From NCBI GenBank assembly GCA_040754625.1, contig JBFMCF010000096.1:1651-65650 (forward strand): 64,000 nt of DNA, read 5' to 3'. The notes under the pieces are model-generated. The model was not told the origin of the DNA. It made no database searches and worked only from the letters and a program-made list of their open reading frames with translations. Origin of the DNA: a bacterium. Its GTDB lineage: Bacteria; JACRDZ01; JAQUKH01. Both the position numbers and the translations under genes were made by a program. This document shows, in pieces, positions 1-9,402 of the stretch (position 1 is its first letter; the number at the start of each line of letters is the position of its first letter).

Positions 1-11
1 TGAAGCCCTGT

Positions 12-287
12 TTATACGGCTCCAGCTAATTTGAATTTATTAAAATCCTCAAACACCCAATCGTTTTTCAGGGTGCGGTAAATTATTGTGAGAAATTTTC
101 TCGCCGCAGCGATGATCGCTTTGCCACTGCCTTTTCTTGCTTTTATCTTAAAGTAAAATTTCCTCAAATATGGATTGTATTTTATCGCTATCAGATAAGA
201 AGCCAGTTTTTTGTCGTCCTTGAAATCATTCACATTACCAATGGTATTCAAAAGAATCGTTGCCGATATGTCTCCGATTCCTGTCAT
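12..287 (-). pseudogene. IS110-family transposase C-terminal fragment (Transposase_20-like); degenerate remnant
   Basis: The 91-aa ORF has GIGDISAT...NDFKDDKKLASY and NPYLRKFYFKIKARKGSGKAIIAAARKFL, which resemble the conserved C-terminal region of IS110 (DEDD) transposases. The middle section looks deleted and there is no N-terminal catalytic domain. Confidence 0.4.
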
Positions 288-319
288 CGATGTCAGATTC
301 TCCTTTCTATTTTGAACAA

Positions 320-583
320 TTAAGTGGTCGGGTTTGTCAAGACCAATTCTCTGCCACAGTTAAGATGGAAAACGTTTGTCATTAAAGGCCGGCCTTTTTG
401 GCCTTCAATGTTGCCCTGGGAATAAACCTGCCAAGGTGTCCTGTTATCAAGAGACTGATGAAACCTTTCCTTGTTGTAAAACTCGAAATATTCCGTTAAT
501 CCAAGTCTGGCTTCCGGGATCGTCCGATAGTCCCGCAGATACACATTTTCGTATTTAACCGTCCGCCAGAGCCGCTCAATCAC
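320..583 (-). pseudogene. IS3-family OrfB (rve integrase core) C-terminal fragment
   Basis: ERLWRTVKYENVYLRDYRTIPEARLGLTEYFEFYNKERFHQSLDNRTPWQVY matches the C-terminal end of IS3-type DDE transposases (ERFNRTLK...YN.ERPH.SL...TP). The upstream catalytic part is absent. Confidence 0.55.
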
Positions 584-848
584 CTCTTTTACTATTGACC
601 TTTTGAACCAAATCCAAAATATATTTTTGTATCATACCTCCCCCCAAGCAATTTGTCAAGAAAAATTTTAGACTTGTCAACCCAATTTAGAAATGTCCGG
701 TTTTTACTGTTTTTTGTTTTTCTCTTTTCTTTTCAAATTTTAGATAGATAATCATATTTGTGGAGAGTGTGGGTAACTGCGGAGCGGTTATCCAAGTGAT
801 GGGGATAACATCTTTTCGTTATCCCCAGAACGGCACTATCCACAAATA

Positions 849-2159
849 TCAAGCGGCTTTCTTTTCTTTCTCAAACATCGCATTTATTGTTCGCCGCCAT
901 GAATAATCAACCGGCATTTTAAGCTGCTGGACAATTTTCTTTTCAGGCTTTACCCGTTGTTTGACTTTTACCGCTTCTTTTTTTACAGGAAAAATCTCTT
1001 TGTATCTCAGTCTTTTCCCTTTACTTGTTATCGAAACTGAACCGTCCACGCGCTCATTTACCGTGACTTTTCTGGCAGGGATACAATCCAGTATCTGATA
1101 GAATTTTTTGTCGTGATTTACTGTGAAGTCATTCCTGACTGCTCTTTCTGTTTTTACGCAAAGAATATCGTCTAAATTGAAACCTTTGGGTATATTACGA
1201 TGTAAATCTGTCTCTTTTTCAGCTTCTACCGAGAATTTTTTGTTGAATTTAGGCATATATTTTCTTAAGAATTCGTTCGCTTCTTCCATTGAACTTATAT
1301 TTTCCAGTCGCATTTCTTTTATCAACCGATCCTGCAGGGTATTAAATAACCTTTCCACTCTTCCTTTTGCCTGCGGGCTGTTTGCGTGTATCACTTTTAT
1401 CTCGAGTCCCTTCAATGCCCGTTCATACTGGCTTAACAGCGCCTGTTTACCCGCCAATTCATCTTCTATGCTTAATTTCCCGGTCGATTTATACGTTGAA
1501 TGCCTGTCTAAATAAACGCTGCGGGGAATCCCGTACCGCTTTATATATCTTTTCATTAAGTCCATCGCTGGTATCGTTCCTTCGTATTCATAAAATCTGC
1601 AAAATATTTCTCCCTTTGCGTCGTCTATAAAGGCCATCAATACCATCTTTGGCCCTCTGCCTTCAAGCCAATCATGATGAGATCCATCCATCTGTATCAT
1701 CTCCCCAAAATATTCTTTCCGTTCCCTCCATTGCCTGTGTTTCCTGCCTTTTCGACGCCCTTTGTATTCTATACCTTCTTTTACAAACCATTTTCTAAGG
1801 GTTTCATCGCTTATTTTTATTTCATCTCTTTCACTTAGTTTTTCCATGCATAACGTCGGCCCAAAACCAACATATTTTTCTCTGCATTTATCAAGTATCT
1901 TTCCTCTCCATTCCCTCGAAAATTCCCTGTTTGACTCTCTGCCCCGTGATTTATGTATTAAACCTTTTTCCCCTTCTTCTTTTACCCTTTGCACTAATCT
2001 TCTTATCTGACGATCGCTTATTTCTATCTTTCCTGCCGCTTCTTTTTGGGTTAGATGTTTTTTCATTACCTCATGTATTATCTTGACCCGTTTTAACTCT
2101 TTTTGGCTCATTATGATATTGTCCTTTCCTGCCATCAATGTCCTCCTTCCTGGAGGCAT
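849..2159 (-). mobile_element. DDE transposase with N-terminal HTH and rve integrase core (IS481/ISNCY-like), apparently intact
   Basis: 436 aa. The N-terminal HTH is KKHLTQKEAAGKIEISDRQIRRLVQRVKEEG. The DDE core has QMDGSHHDW...YLDRHSTY...QAKGRVERLFNTLQDRL. Structured inverted repeats lie just downstream of the stop (756-847), and near-identical 15-20-bp direct motifs (aaaaattttagactt) lie at about 661 and about 2202. Confidence 0.7.
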
Positions 2160-2293
2160 TTTAGCACCTTCTTATTAGGACATTATCATATTGGTATTAC
2201 AGAAAAATTTTAGACTTTGCCAAACTCTTAGTTGTATCCATTTTTTTTGGGGGGGCCCTGACTCGTCAGTAATTTAACCGTCAATTGGAATGG

Positions 2294-3631
2294 CTAATTA
2301 TAAGTTTCTGAGTTTTTGGTAAGCTTACTATTTACAAGAAGTATAATGTATAATCCAAGTCCATTTAGAAACATGTATCTCGCCAAAAATACGCTAAAGA
2401 GATATGACGTTACTATAAAAACTATTGATGTAATGAATACAACAGACGCAAGCCGTGAGTTTTGTCGTGAAAGAAGTCTATAGAAAAATGCATGCACTAC
2501 CAGTCCAAAACAAAAGATAAATATAAAAGACCCAAGCCCTCCGAAATCATATATTAAGCCGCGAAAAATTGTAAAAATATTCGTTTCAAATACATTATCA
2601 AAGTGGCCCGTTTCCATATATATTCCGGGCGAGAAGACCCTGGTAATTCCAAACGTGTTAAAGATAGACGCAAATGTGTAATATCCAAACGAGTTGAAAT
2701 CGTCCAAAAAAGTAGAAACCGATTCCATCCCAACATAAAACGAAAAGAAATCTGAAAAAGCATATATTTCCCCGAGCGTGTATGAAGTTATCGCAAATCT
2801 TAACAGACCAATGGTTCTACTCAAATTACCGGAATCAAAATACCCCTCTCGAGAAATAAATGATATCAATACAAGCGGGAGTAATAAAAATATAATACCG
2901 ATACTTTTCGGCATATAGGAAATTTTAAACAAATTAGTCTTGCCAGCATATATTTTCATTAAAAGAATTGATGCCAAATATAATGAGCTGGCAACAAACA
3001 AAACAAGTTTTGATGATTGTGTAACCATGATGTACAAAGCCGGAGTCAATGAAAGAGCAAGAAAAACCATTTTCCATGAGCGTGTTTTTTGAGAATAAGA
3101 AACAAAACCACCAAGGACTGGTGCTATATAGGTAAAAAACACACTTAAAGTACCTATGATTCCATACTCTAAACCCTTAGTTCCACGCATCGCAGCGAAG
3201 CGACCACTCGTAGCGATGGGATCAAAAAATATTGATTTAAGGTCATACCCGTTCAGAACCATACTGTAAGTTGAAAACACAATCGATAACACAATAGAAA
3301 TATATAAACAGCAGCGAATAAATTTACTGTCCAGTTGAGGTTCACATACAGATTTTTTAGTTTCATTCGCCTTGAATGCGTTCGACCAATTGAATGGTAA
3401 TGCGCTCAGCGAAAATGCCAACGTGCAGAGAAATATATATAAAATAGAAAATGGATTAATAGGTACATTAAATAATATAACTAATGGGAAAAATGTATAT
3501 ACGAACCATGCAAGTGAAAATATAGCGGCAGGGATAATGTACGTACCAACAGCAAGCCTTATAACAAATGCCTGCACAAGCATCATTACGCTGAATACTA
3601 TAGCCAACAGTTTATACTCAAATCCATACAT
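2294..3631 (-). CDS. Polytopic membrane protein, putative oligosaccharide repeat-unit polymerase (Wzy-like)
   Basis: 445 aa, more than 10 predicted hydrophobic spans, no catalytic soluble domains. It is the last gene of the polysaccharide array. Confidence 0.4.
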   Translation of the reverse strand: MYGFEYKLLAIVFSVMMLVQAFVIRLAVGTYIIPAAIFSLAWFVYTFFPLVILFNVPINPFSILYIFLCTLAFSLSALPFNWSNAFKANETKKSVCEPQLDSKFIRCCLYISIVLSIVFSTYSMVLNGYDLKSIFFDPIATSGRFAAMRGTKGLEYGIIGTLSVFFTYIAPVLGGFVSYSQKTRSWKMVFLALSLTPALYIMVTQSSKLVLFVASSLYLASILLMKIYAGKTNLFKISYMPKSIGIIFLLLPLVLISFISREGYFDSGNLSRTIGLLRFAITSYTLGEIYAFSDFFSFYVGMESVSTFLDDFNSFGYYTFASIFNTFGITRVFSPGIYMETGHFDNVFETNIFTIFRGLIYDFGGLGSFIFIFCFGLVVHAFFYRLLSRQNSRLASVVFITSIVFIVTSYLFSVFLARYMFLNGLGLYIILLVNSKLTKNSETYN

Positions 3632-3663
3632 GTTGATTTACCTATCACTAACCGCGATTGTTA

Positions 3664-3797
3664 TATTTCCACAAATCCCGATTTTGCCTGTAACTGGACA
3701 AATAAACCAGGAGCCTTGAAAAATTATAGAACCTGTTTGGGCCAATCAAACGCAAAACGACCCGCATTACCGAGTATATAATTTTAAATTTATTTTC
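3664..3797. repeat. About 135-bp direct repeat, copy 1 (flanks the TA insertion)
   Basis: About 90% identical to 4553..4693 (tatttccacaaatcccgatt[t/c]tgcctgtaactgga[c/t]aaataaacca...cgcattaccgagtatataattttaaattt). Confidence 0.85.
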
Positions 3798-3851
3798 TCC
3801 CGTTTCGCAAGCTGGTTGTTATCCCCCAAATTTACAATCCTTATACTTAAT

Positions 3852-4142
3852 TTACGCCGCCTTAAAACTAATAACCACTTCTTTCCCTAAAGCATGCGCG
3901 ATTTTATGCAATAATTTCAACGAAGGCACCCTTGTATCCGTGCCTTTTTCTAATCTGGCAATTACCGGCTGGCTGGTCCTGGCTTTTTGGGCAAGTTCTT
4001 TTTGGGTTATACCCTCTTTCTGCCTGATTTTCATAACAGCTTTTGCGATTCTATTTTTTATCAATTCGTCTTCGTAATAAATTCTGAATTCTTCATCTTT
4101 TATTTTTTCTTTAATTACGTCATCCAATAAAAGCGTTTTCAT
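3852..4142 (-). CDS. HTH XRE-family antitoxin (HigA-like)
   Basis: 96 aa; GITQKELAQKARTSQPVIARLEKG is a helix-turn-helix. It overlaps the upstream toxin gene by 23 bp, a toxin-first order as in HigBA. Confidence 0.6.
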   Translation of the reverse strand: MKTLLLDDVIKEKIKDEEFRIYYEDELIKNRIAKAVMKIRQKEGITQKELAQKARTSQPVIARLEKGTDTRVPSLKLLHKIAHALGKEVVISFKAA

Positions 4143-4473
4143 TTTTTAATACCTCCATTAAGCGTTTTGCCGCTACTTTTATTTCTTTATCCGGCGCCTT
4201 TTGCGATTGTTTTTTGTAAGAATGCAGCAAAACCATTATATTCTTTTTAATTGTTACATAAAATATTCTATATCCTCCGCCAATACTTCTTATTTTTATT
4301 TCCCAAAGTTTACCATCTATTTGTCGGAATTGAACTCTCGGAGATTCAAGTCCCAATTCCTGTATATTTTCCAAACACCCTAATATTTTTGCCTGATCAG
4401 TTTTTTCTAAACTATTAATAAATTCTAAAACAGGAGATTTCCCATTTGCACTTAAGAAAAATTTTATTTTCAT
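4120..4473 (-). CDS. Type II toxin, RelE/ParE superfamily (HigB/Gp49-like mRNA interferase)
   Basis: 117 aa. Size, the LWEIKIRSIGGGYRIFYV motif and pairing with the downstream XRE antitoxin fit RelE/HigB-family toxins. Confidence 0.5.
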   Translation of the reverse strand: MKIKFFLSANGKSPVLEFINSLEKTDQAKILGCLENIQELGLESPRVQFRQIDGKLWEIKIRSIGGGYRIFYVTIKKNIMVLLHSYKKQSQKAPDKEIKVAAKRLMEVLKNENAFIG

Positions 4474-4548
4474 ATCTTCTATTTTTTCTATATATTATAC
4501 CCATTTGGATATATTTGCAACTCTTATTTTAAAACACATGCAAAATAT

Positions 4549-5778
4549 TTAGTATTTCCACAAATCCCGATTCTGCCTGTAACTGGATAAATAAACCAGA
4601 AGCCTCGAAAAATCATAGAACCTGTTGGGGCCGATCAAACGCAAAATTGTCCGCATTACCGAGTATATAATTTTAAATTTAAATTTATTTTCTGATATCT
4701 TGGAATAGCCGCTTGGTTTATACGCAGATGAATGGCCTTTCTTTTCAAACAGGAAATTCTTCCTCGCGAAGCTGCCGACAACGCCGTTTGAGTCGAACGG
4801 ATCGTGGCCGGGAGGCAGTTCTTTTAAAATACACGCGTAAGCGCGGCGAAGCGTCGGGGATATATATTCCCCGCCGGACATATAATCAAACCCGTATTTT
4901 ATCGATTCCGCTCCTGTTTTTTTCGCGGAAAGCTTTTCCCCGTAGGCAGTGCCCAATTCTAAAAGGTCCGGCCGTTTTACATTTTTTTCGTATAAGGACC
5001 TTTTATTCAAATATTCCGGATCCGCGCCGTCAAAATTACTGAAGTGAAAAAAAATGAGAGGATAAATTTTATTTACAAGATAACGGCCTTCACTATCCTT
5101 TGTTATAAACCTCTCATATGAATTCCACGCGGCAGTATTATAACCTAAATTAAATGAAATATATATATCCTTGAATAAACAAGGCGCGATAGTAACCCAC
5201 TTCTGGTCCGTGGACAACCCGAATTGGGACTCCATAAAACTGAACTGCAGGCACCTGTTAGACCACCACTTTAAAAAAGATACTCCTTCCAGGGAATTTT
5301 TTACCGCGTAAAAACCCAGGTTAAACGAACCAAATCTCATCATAGCCATATCGCTTTCTGAAAAATTGTCGGATTGAGGTGTTGTATAGTGAGGGGTTAA
5401 GACTACTGAATGACCGTCTAAATCACATAAAACAGGTTCAACTGAATCATATAAACATGTATCAGCATCTAAAAATATTACCTTTTTAAATCTTTCAAAT
5501 AATTTTAAGGTAAGATACGGCTTAAGGCTGGTACTCAATTCTATGATATCATATTTAAACGCCAGCTCATAAAAGTCCGGAATGCCGACATCTTCAATCC
5601 AGACTATATTGGCTTCAACAGCAGAAAGATCAATAGTTGCCTTCTTATCAATAAGATATATTATTAACTTTATATTATTAAATTTTAATACCGATTCAGC
5701 AAGCACAAGCGCTTTAGGCATATAAGCTAAATTACAAACTGTAAAAATCGCATATTCCTGTTTTTTATCCGGAATCAC
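4549..5778 (-). CDS. Putative glycosyltransferase (GT-A-like, DxD motif)
   Basis: 409 aa, soluble, with the acidic motif FLDADTCLYDS. It lies in the glycosyltransferase block of the locus. Confidence 0.35.
   Translation of the reverse strand: MIPDKKQEYAIFTVCNLAYMPKALVLAESVLKFNNIKLIIYLIDKKATIDLSAVEANIVWIEDVGIPDFYELAFKYDIIELSTSLKPYLTLKLFERFKKVIFLDADTCLYDSVEPVLCDLDGHSVVLTPHYTTPQSDNFSESDMAMMRFGSFNLGFYAVKNSLEGVSFLKWWSNRCLQFSFMESQFGLSTDQKWVTIAPCLFKDIYISFNLGYNTAAWNSYERFITKDSEGRYLVNKIYPLIFFHFSNFDGADPEYLNKRSLYEKNVKRPDLLELGTAYGEKLSAKKTGAESIKYGFDYMSGGEYISPTLRRAYACILKELPPGHDPFDSNGVVGSFARKNFLFEKKGHSSAYKPSGYSKISENKFKFKIIYSVMRTILRLIGPNRFYDFSRLLVYLSSYRQNRDLWKY
4553..4693. repeat. About 135-bp direct repeat, copy 2 (overlaps the 3' end of the glycosyltransferase gene 4549..5778)
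   Basis: Near-identical to 3664..3797; contains an extra aaattt duplication. Confidence 0.85.
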
Positions 5779-6608
5779 TTTAATATCCTTTTTTTGGGCC
5801 CAAAAACATTAATTACCCTGACCAAAATTTGCCAGTAAATATACCCCGCGAATGAACGAATAACCGCGTAAGAGAATAAGATGTTCCCGCTTTTAATTGA
5901 GGCAAACAGCAATCTTATGCTTGCAAACGTGGTATCAAAAATCCGGTTAAAAGAATACTCGCGTAACAGCCTTTCCTTTCCAAAGATGACATACTTAGCA
6001 TCAGGCTGTTCCGACTCATGGTCAAAACCCGGAGTTTTTGAACACTCGCCGATCCTTAAATTATTATTATTTGATCGAAGGCAAAATTCATAATCCACGC
6101 AATCAACAAAATATTTTTCATTATGCCAGTTTATTCTTTTTAGGTTTTCGAGAAAAAATAAACTCCCGCTGCTTCTTGCCAGCAAAACATCTTTAAACAT
6201 AAATCTGTTCCCGGTAACTAAATCCCCATTTTTTTGTGTACCAAACACAATCGCGCTGTAACCGGATATTAAATTGGTGTTGTTAATATAAAAATCTTCA
6301 ACAAAATCCAAAGTATTACAATCAAATACCGTGTCCTGATCAAAAAATATTAAAGCAGGATATGAATCATAATACGCCTGGGCGCAAACAGATGAAATTC
6401 CAAAACCTAAACCCGCGTTTTTCCCACAAGTAATATATTTGGGAGTATTCGCATTGAATTTCCGGCAAAATTGCCTTATCAATTCATCTTCCGGGCTGTT
6501 ATCAAAAATATATATTGAAAACCCTGATGTTATCGCGCTTTGTAATCTGAGCGTCAGGTCTATATTTGGTTTGTAAGTAACCATTCCTATCGCAATTTTT
6601 CTATTCAC
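5775..6608 (-). CDS. GT2-family glycosyltransferase (WbbL-like rhamnosyltransferase type)
   Basis: IAIGMVTYKPNIDLTLRL...IFDNSPED...FFDQDT is the typical GT2 N-terminal signature. 4-bp overlap with the downstream gene. Confidence 0.55.
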   Translation of the reverse strand: MNRKIAIGMVTYKPNIDLTLRLQSAITSGFSIYIFDNSPEDELIRQFCRKFNANTPKYITCGKNAGLGFGISSVCAQAYYDSYPALIFFDQDTVFDCNTLDFVEDFYINNTNLISGYSAIVFGTQKNGDLVTGNRFMFKDVLLARSSGSLFFLENLKRINWHNEKYFVDCVDYEFCLRSNNNNLRIGECSKTPGFDHESEQPDAKYVIFGKERLLREYSFNRIFDTTFASIRLLFASIKSGNILFSYAVIRSFAGYIYWQILVRVINVFGPKKRILK

Positions 6609-6624
6609 TCTTATTCCCTTTAAA

Positions 6625-7896
6625 TTACAGTGACGTATATTTTTTCGCGTACATAAGTAAAATCATCAAATCGGCACCGGCCCTTATAACCCAGATGACC
6701 GCGGCTCCCGGCAATCCAAAATACTTTAAAAACATAAATAAAAGGGGAAAATAAAATACAAATTCTCCTAAATGTAAAATTGTGGTCATCTTGGCATTTC
6801 CTGCCGCTTGAACCGCGGCATAGGGGATTTGAGCTATGCCATTAAAAAATAATCCAACCGACAGAATAGAGGCAATTTTCCAGGAGTGTTGAGAAAAATC
6901 CCTTCCTAACCAAAGTGTTAAACCCCAATATGACCCGACAGCAATACTCAGGCATATCGCAAACATAGTAAGAGATGTTATTTTCAGGCTCTTTTTATAT
7001 ACGTTCTCAGCTCCCCTTTGATCCGCGCTCATCATAGAAGAAAGCCTTGGAAACAAAGCCGCTGCCAACGCACCGGGAATAATCAGAATACGAATTAAAA
7101 AATCAGAAGGCACAGTGTAATACGCGATTAAACCGGCACCTATCACGGATGAAATAATAAACCTGTCTGCCACCACCATTAAAGGGCTTACAATATTAGA
7201 CAAAGTCATCCAGGCACCAAATGAAAGCAGGTTGGATATCTCTTTCTCACTGCACTTTACCTTAATCCAGTTTATAGGCAACTTTTTATGCACTAAACAT
7301 ATATGCGCGCCTAATATCATAAACCTGGCTGCGATTAAACTGAACACTATCATATTAAGCGATGGTCCAAAAGCCATAACGCTTAAGACAGGTAACCCGA
7401 AATTAGCAAGCCCGAATAACAACCGCAGCAGATTAACTGTTTTAAAGTCTTCGAATGCTTCCAATACGCCTTTTAGCCCTGTTGTGAGAGTAACCATCGG
7501 GATACCAAATGCCACGATCAACAGGGAGTCAACTGTGTTTTGCTGCAGCGCCGCGCTGACATTCAGCCACTTAAAACCAAGCGGATTTGCCGCAACTGCT
7601 AATAAAACACCCCCAAAAGCCCCAGTAACTAACGTAAACAGCATCCCTGTCTTAACTAAACCAGATAATTTCTCAATTTGTTCTAACGCGCGATTAGCCG
7701 CGACTTGTTGAGTAAGCGCGCGGCCAAGCCCGAAATCAAAGAGGCTAAAATATCCAATTAAAGTCCATACAAGCGTAAGAATGCCGAATGCCTCTACTCC
7801 AATTTTATTTAACAAATACGGGATAGTGACAACACCCAGCAGGAATGGAATACCAGCCCCTGATATATTCCACAGCGTATTACGTTTCAATGACAT
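6625..7896 (-). CDS. wzx: Wzx-type polysaccharide flippase (MOP superfamily)
   Basis: 423 aa, about 12 TM. The N-terminus LWNISGAGIPFLLGVVTIPYLLNKIGVEAFGILTLVWTLIGYFSLFDFGLGRALTQ is the classic Wzx/PST start. Confidence 0.7.
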   Translation of the reverse strand: MSLKRNTLWNISGAGIPFLLGVVTIPYLLNKIGVEAFGILTLVWTLIGYFSLFDFGLGRALTQQVAANRALEQIEKLSGLVKTGMLFTLVTGAFGGVLLAVAANPLGFKWLNVSAALQQNTVDSLLIVAFGIPMVTLTTGLKGVLEAFEDFKTVNLLRLLFGLANFGLPVLSVMAFGPSLNMIVFSLIAARFMILGAHICLVHKKLPINWIKVKCSEKEISNLLSFGAWMTLSNIVSPLMVVADRFIISSVIGAGLIAYYTVPSDFLIRILIIPGALAAALFPRLSSMMSADQRGAENVYKKSLKITSLTMFAICLSIAVGSYWGLTLWLGRDFSQHSWKIASILSVGLFFNGIAQIPYAAVQAAGNAKMTTILHLGEFVFYFPLLFMFLKYFGLPGAAVIWVIRAGADLMILLMYAKKYTSL

Positions 7897-8018
7897 TTAA
7901 ATGCTCTCAAAAGTGTGATAATGATTTACCTTAATAACGCGGAGATGTTAACATAAAAAGGCTATTTATGTCTATTTAAAAATTGAAGATTCTTCATAAA
8001 AAAAACATAATTAACTGA

Positions 8019-8119
8019 GCCATCGGGGATTTTTTTTATTTCCCGAAGGCTCACATTTGTTTTAGACCCTTCGTCGCTTTGCTCCTCAGGGTGAGTGGTC
8101 GAAACACACCGACCCCTCA
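8019..8119. repeat. MITE-like imperfect palindromic element, copy A (half element)
   Basis: About 85% identical over about 60 bp to the reverse complement of 39859..39920 (tgaggggtcgg.gtgtttcgaccactca.cctgagga..aa...gacgaagg.tctaaaa). It provides the last 11 codons and the stop of ORF 8086..9399. Confidence 0.6.
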
Positions 8120-9399
8120 TTTAATTCCTCTTGTTTTTTAACAATATTTTCAATAATAAATATTAAAGCGATATTAAACCATAAAAACATTGAAATTTTT
8201 TCGTTTTTATTATGGTTAGCAAAAAATATTGTAGTCTGTGAACAAAAAAAGTATCCAACCAAACTCAGCATTATGCCATCAAGTAAATTCTTTAGTTTAA
8301 TATCTTCTATTTTATTCCTCAACTCAAAACACTTTCTAAAAGAAATAACAATAATTATCAAAAAACTAACCAGGCCAATTATTCCGTTTTCCGGAGCGAT
8401 ATGCAAAAATATATTATGCGCGTGCCAGCCGCGCGGCCATTCTTCTTTCACCTCAACTCCTTTATACTTCTGAACAACAACATCATATGTGCCCGGTCCT
8501 GTTCCAAAAAATGGAAAATCTTTAATCATTTTTAAAGAGCTTCCCCATGTAGGGAGCCTGTCTCCAATACTGTCTTGTTTAAAATTTGCAATAGATATAA
8601 TTCTCGTTTTAATACTCGCGGGTAATATTAAATATAATAATACGACAGTCAATAAAATTAAAAGGAAAAATTTCCAATTTTTTAACACCCTGTTGTTAAG
8701 AATAATTAAAAATAAAAAAACGCCCGTAAAACCTATCCAGCTGCCGCGGGAATAACTAATTATTAAACCCATAATTAAAATAATTAATCCCAGTATAAAA
8801 AAAATCGAGGCGGCTGTTTTTTTACGGTAATTCATAAGAAAACTGATTAAAATAGGTATCAGGAGCACTGTCACGGCCCCAAATTCAGCACGGCCGCCAA
8901 AACTATAATAATTACGATTCCAGTAACTTAATTGCATTTTTATATGGTGATAAATACCACGGCTGACTGAATAAAGAACAGCTATTATTAAAATAAACAG
9001 TATTGCCTCCAGTTTGTTTTTATTATCAATATTATTTATTAATAAATAAGCCATGCCTATGTGAAGAAGAAAATCCCGAAAATATAAAAAACTGACCTTT
9101 GGCTGGGAAGAAAAAATTGAGGCGGATATAAATGTTATTAAATAAATTAAGACAGGAAAATCTAAATCGGTCTTTTGAAATTTAATTTCTTTATCAATAG
9201 CTTTTCTAATAAACCAGAATAATATTGCGGCAACTAAAATATTTTTCAAACTATGAAGGCTTATCATTTTACTGCCGACAGCAAAATCAAAGCCAATCCC
9301 GCCCATTACACTTATAAGCAATATGATTAAACTTAAAACCAAAATATCAAGAAATGTTTTAAAATTAATTGAAGGCATCATCATTAAAATACCCAACAA
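8086..9399 (-). CDS. O-antigen ligase/polymerase family membrane protein (Wzy_C domain), paralog A
   Basis: 437 aa polytopic. SRGSWIGF motif in a large periplasmic loop; G..PGT..D; WHAHNIFL. Close paralog of 14582..15853. Confidence 0.6.
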   Translation of the reverse strand: MLGILMMMPSINFKTFLDILVLSLIILLISVMGGIGFDFAVGSKMISLHSLKNILVAAILFWFIRKAIDKEIKFQKTDLDFPVLIYLITFISASIFSSQPKVSFLYFRDFLLHIGMAYLLINNIDNKNKLEAILFILIIAVLYSVSRGIYHHIKMQLSYWNRNYYSFGGRAEFGAVTVLLIPILISFLMNYRKKTAASIFFILGLIILIMGLIISYSRGSWIGFTGVFLFLIILNNRVLKNWKFFLLILLTVVLLYLILPASIKTRIISIANFKQDSIGDRLPTWGSSLKMIKDFPFFGTGPGTYDVVVQKYKGVEVKEEWPRGWHAHNIFLHIAPENGIIGLVSFLIIIVISFRKCFELRNKIEDIKLKNLLDGIMLSLVGYFFCSQTTIFFANHNKNEKISMFLWFNIALIFIIENIVKKQEELNEGSVCFDHSP

Positions 9400-9402
9400 A
9401 TT

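Noticed and set aside
1123-2010. Plus-strand ORFs of 82-130 aa inside the transposase gene
   Set aside because: They are antisense to a clearly recognisable DDE transposase on the minus strand, low-complexity, with no RBS or domain signal; they are shadow ORFs.
3372-3719. 115-aa plus-strand ORF overlapping the 5' end of the Wzy-like gene and the direct repeat
   Set aside because: Antisense to the membrane-protein gene, with no start context; it is accounted for by the opposite-strand CDS and the repeat.
7232-7711. 159-aa plus-strand ORF
   Set aside because: Lies entirely antisense within the wzx flippase gene and has no recognisable motifs; a typical antisense artefact in a membrane-protein gene.
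8019-8053. Hairpin gagccatcggg-(14 nt)-cccgaaggctc, considered as an intrinsic terminator of wzy_C paralog A
   Set aside because: On the transcribed (minus) strand the stem is not directly followed by a U-run (T8 begins 12 nt later). It is better explained as a terminal structure of the MITE-like element; a terminator role is not excluded but unsupported.
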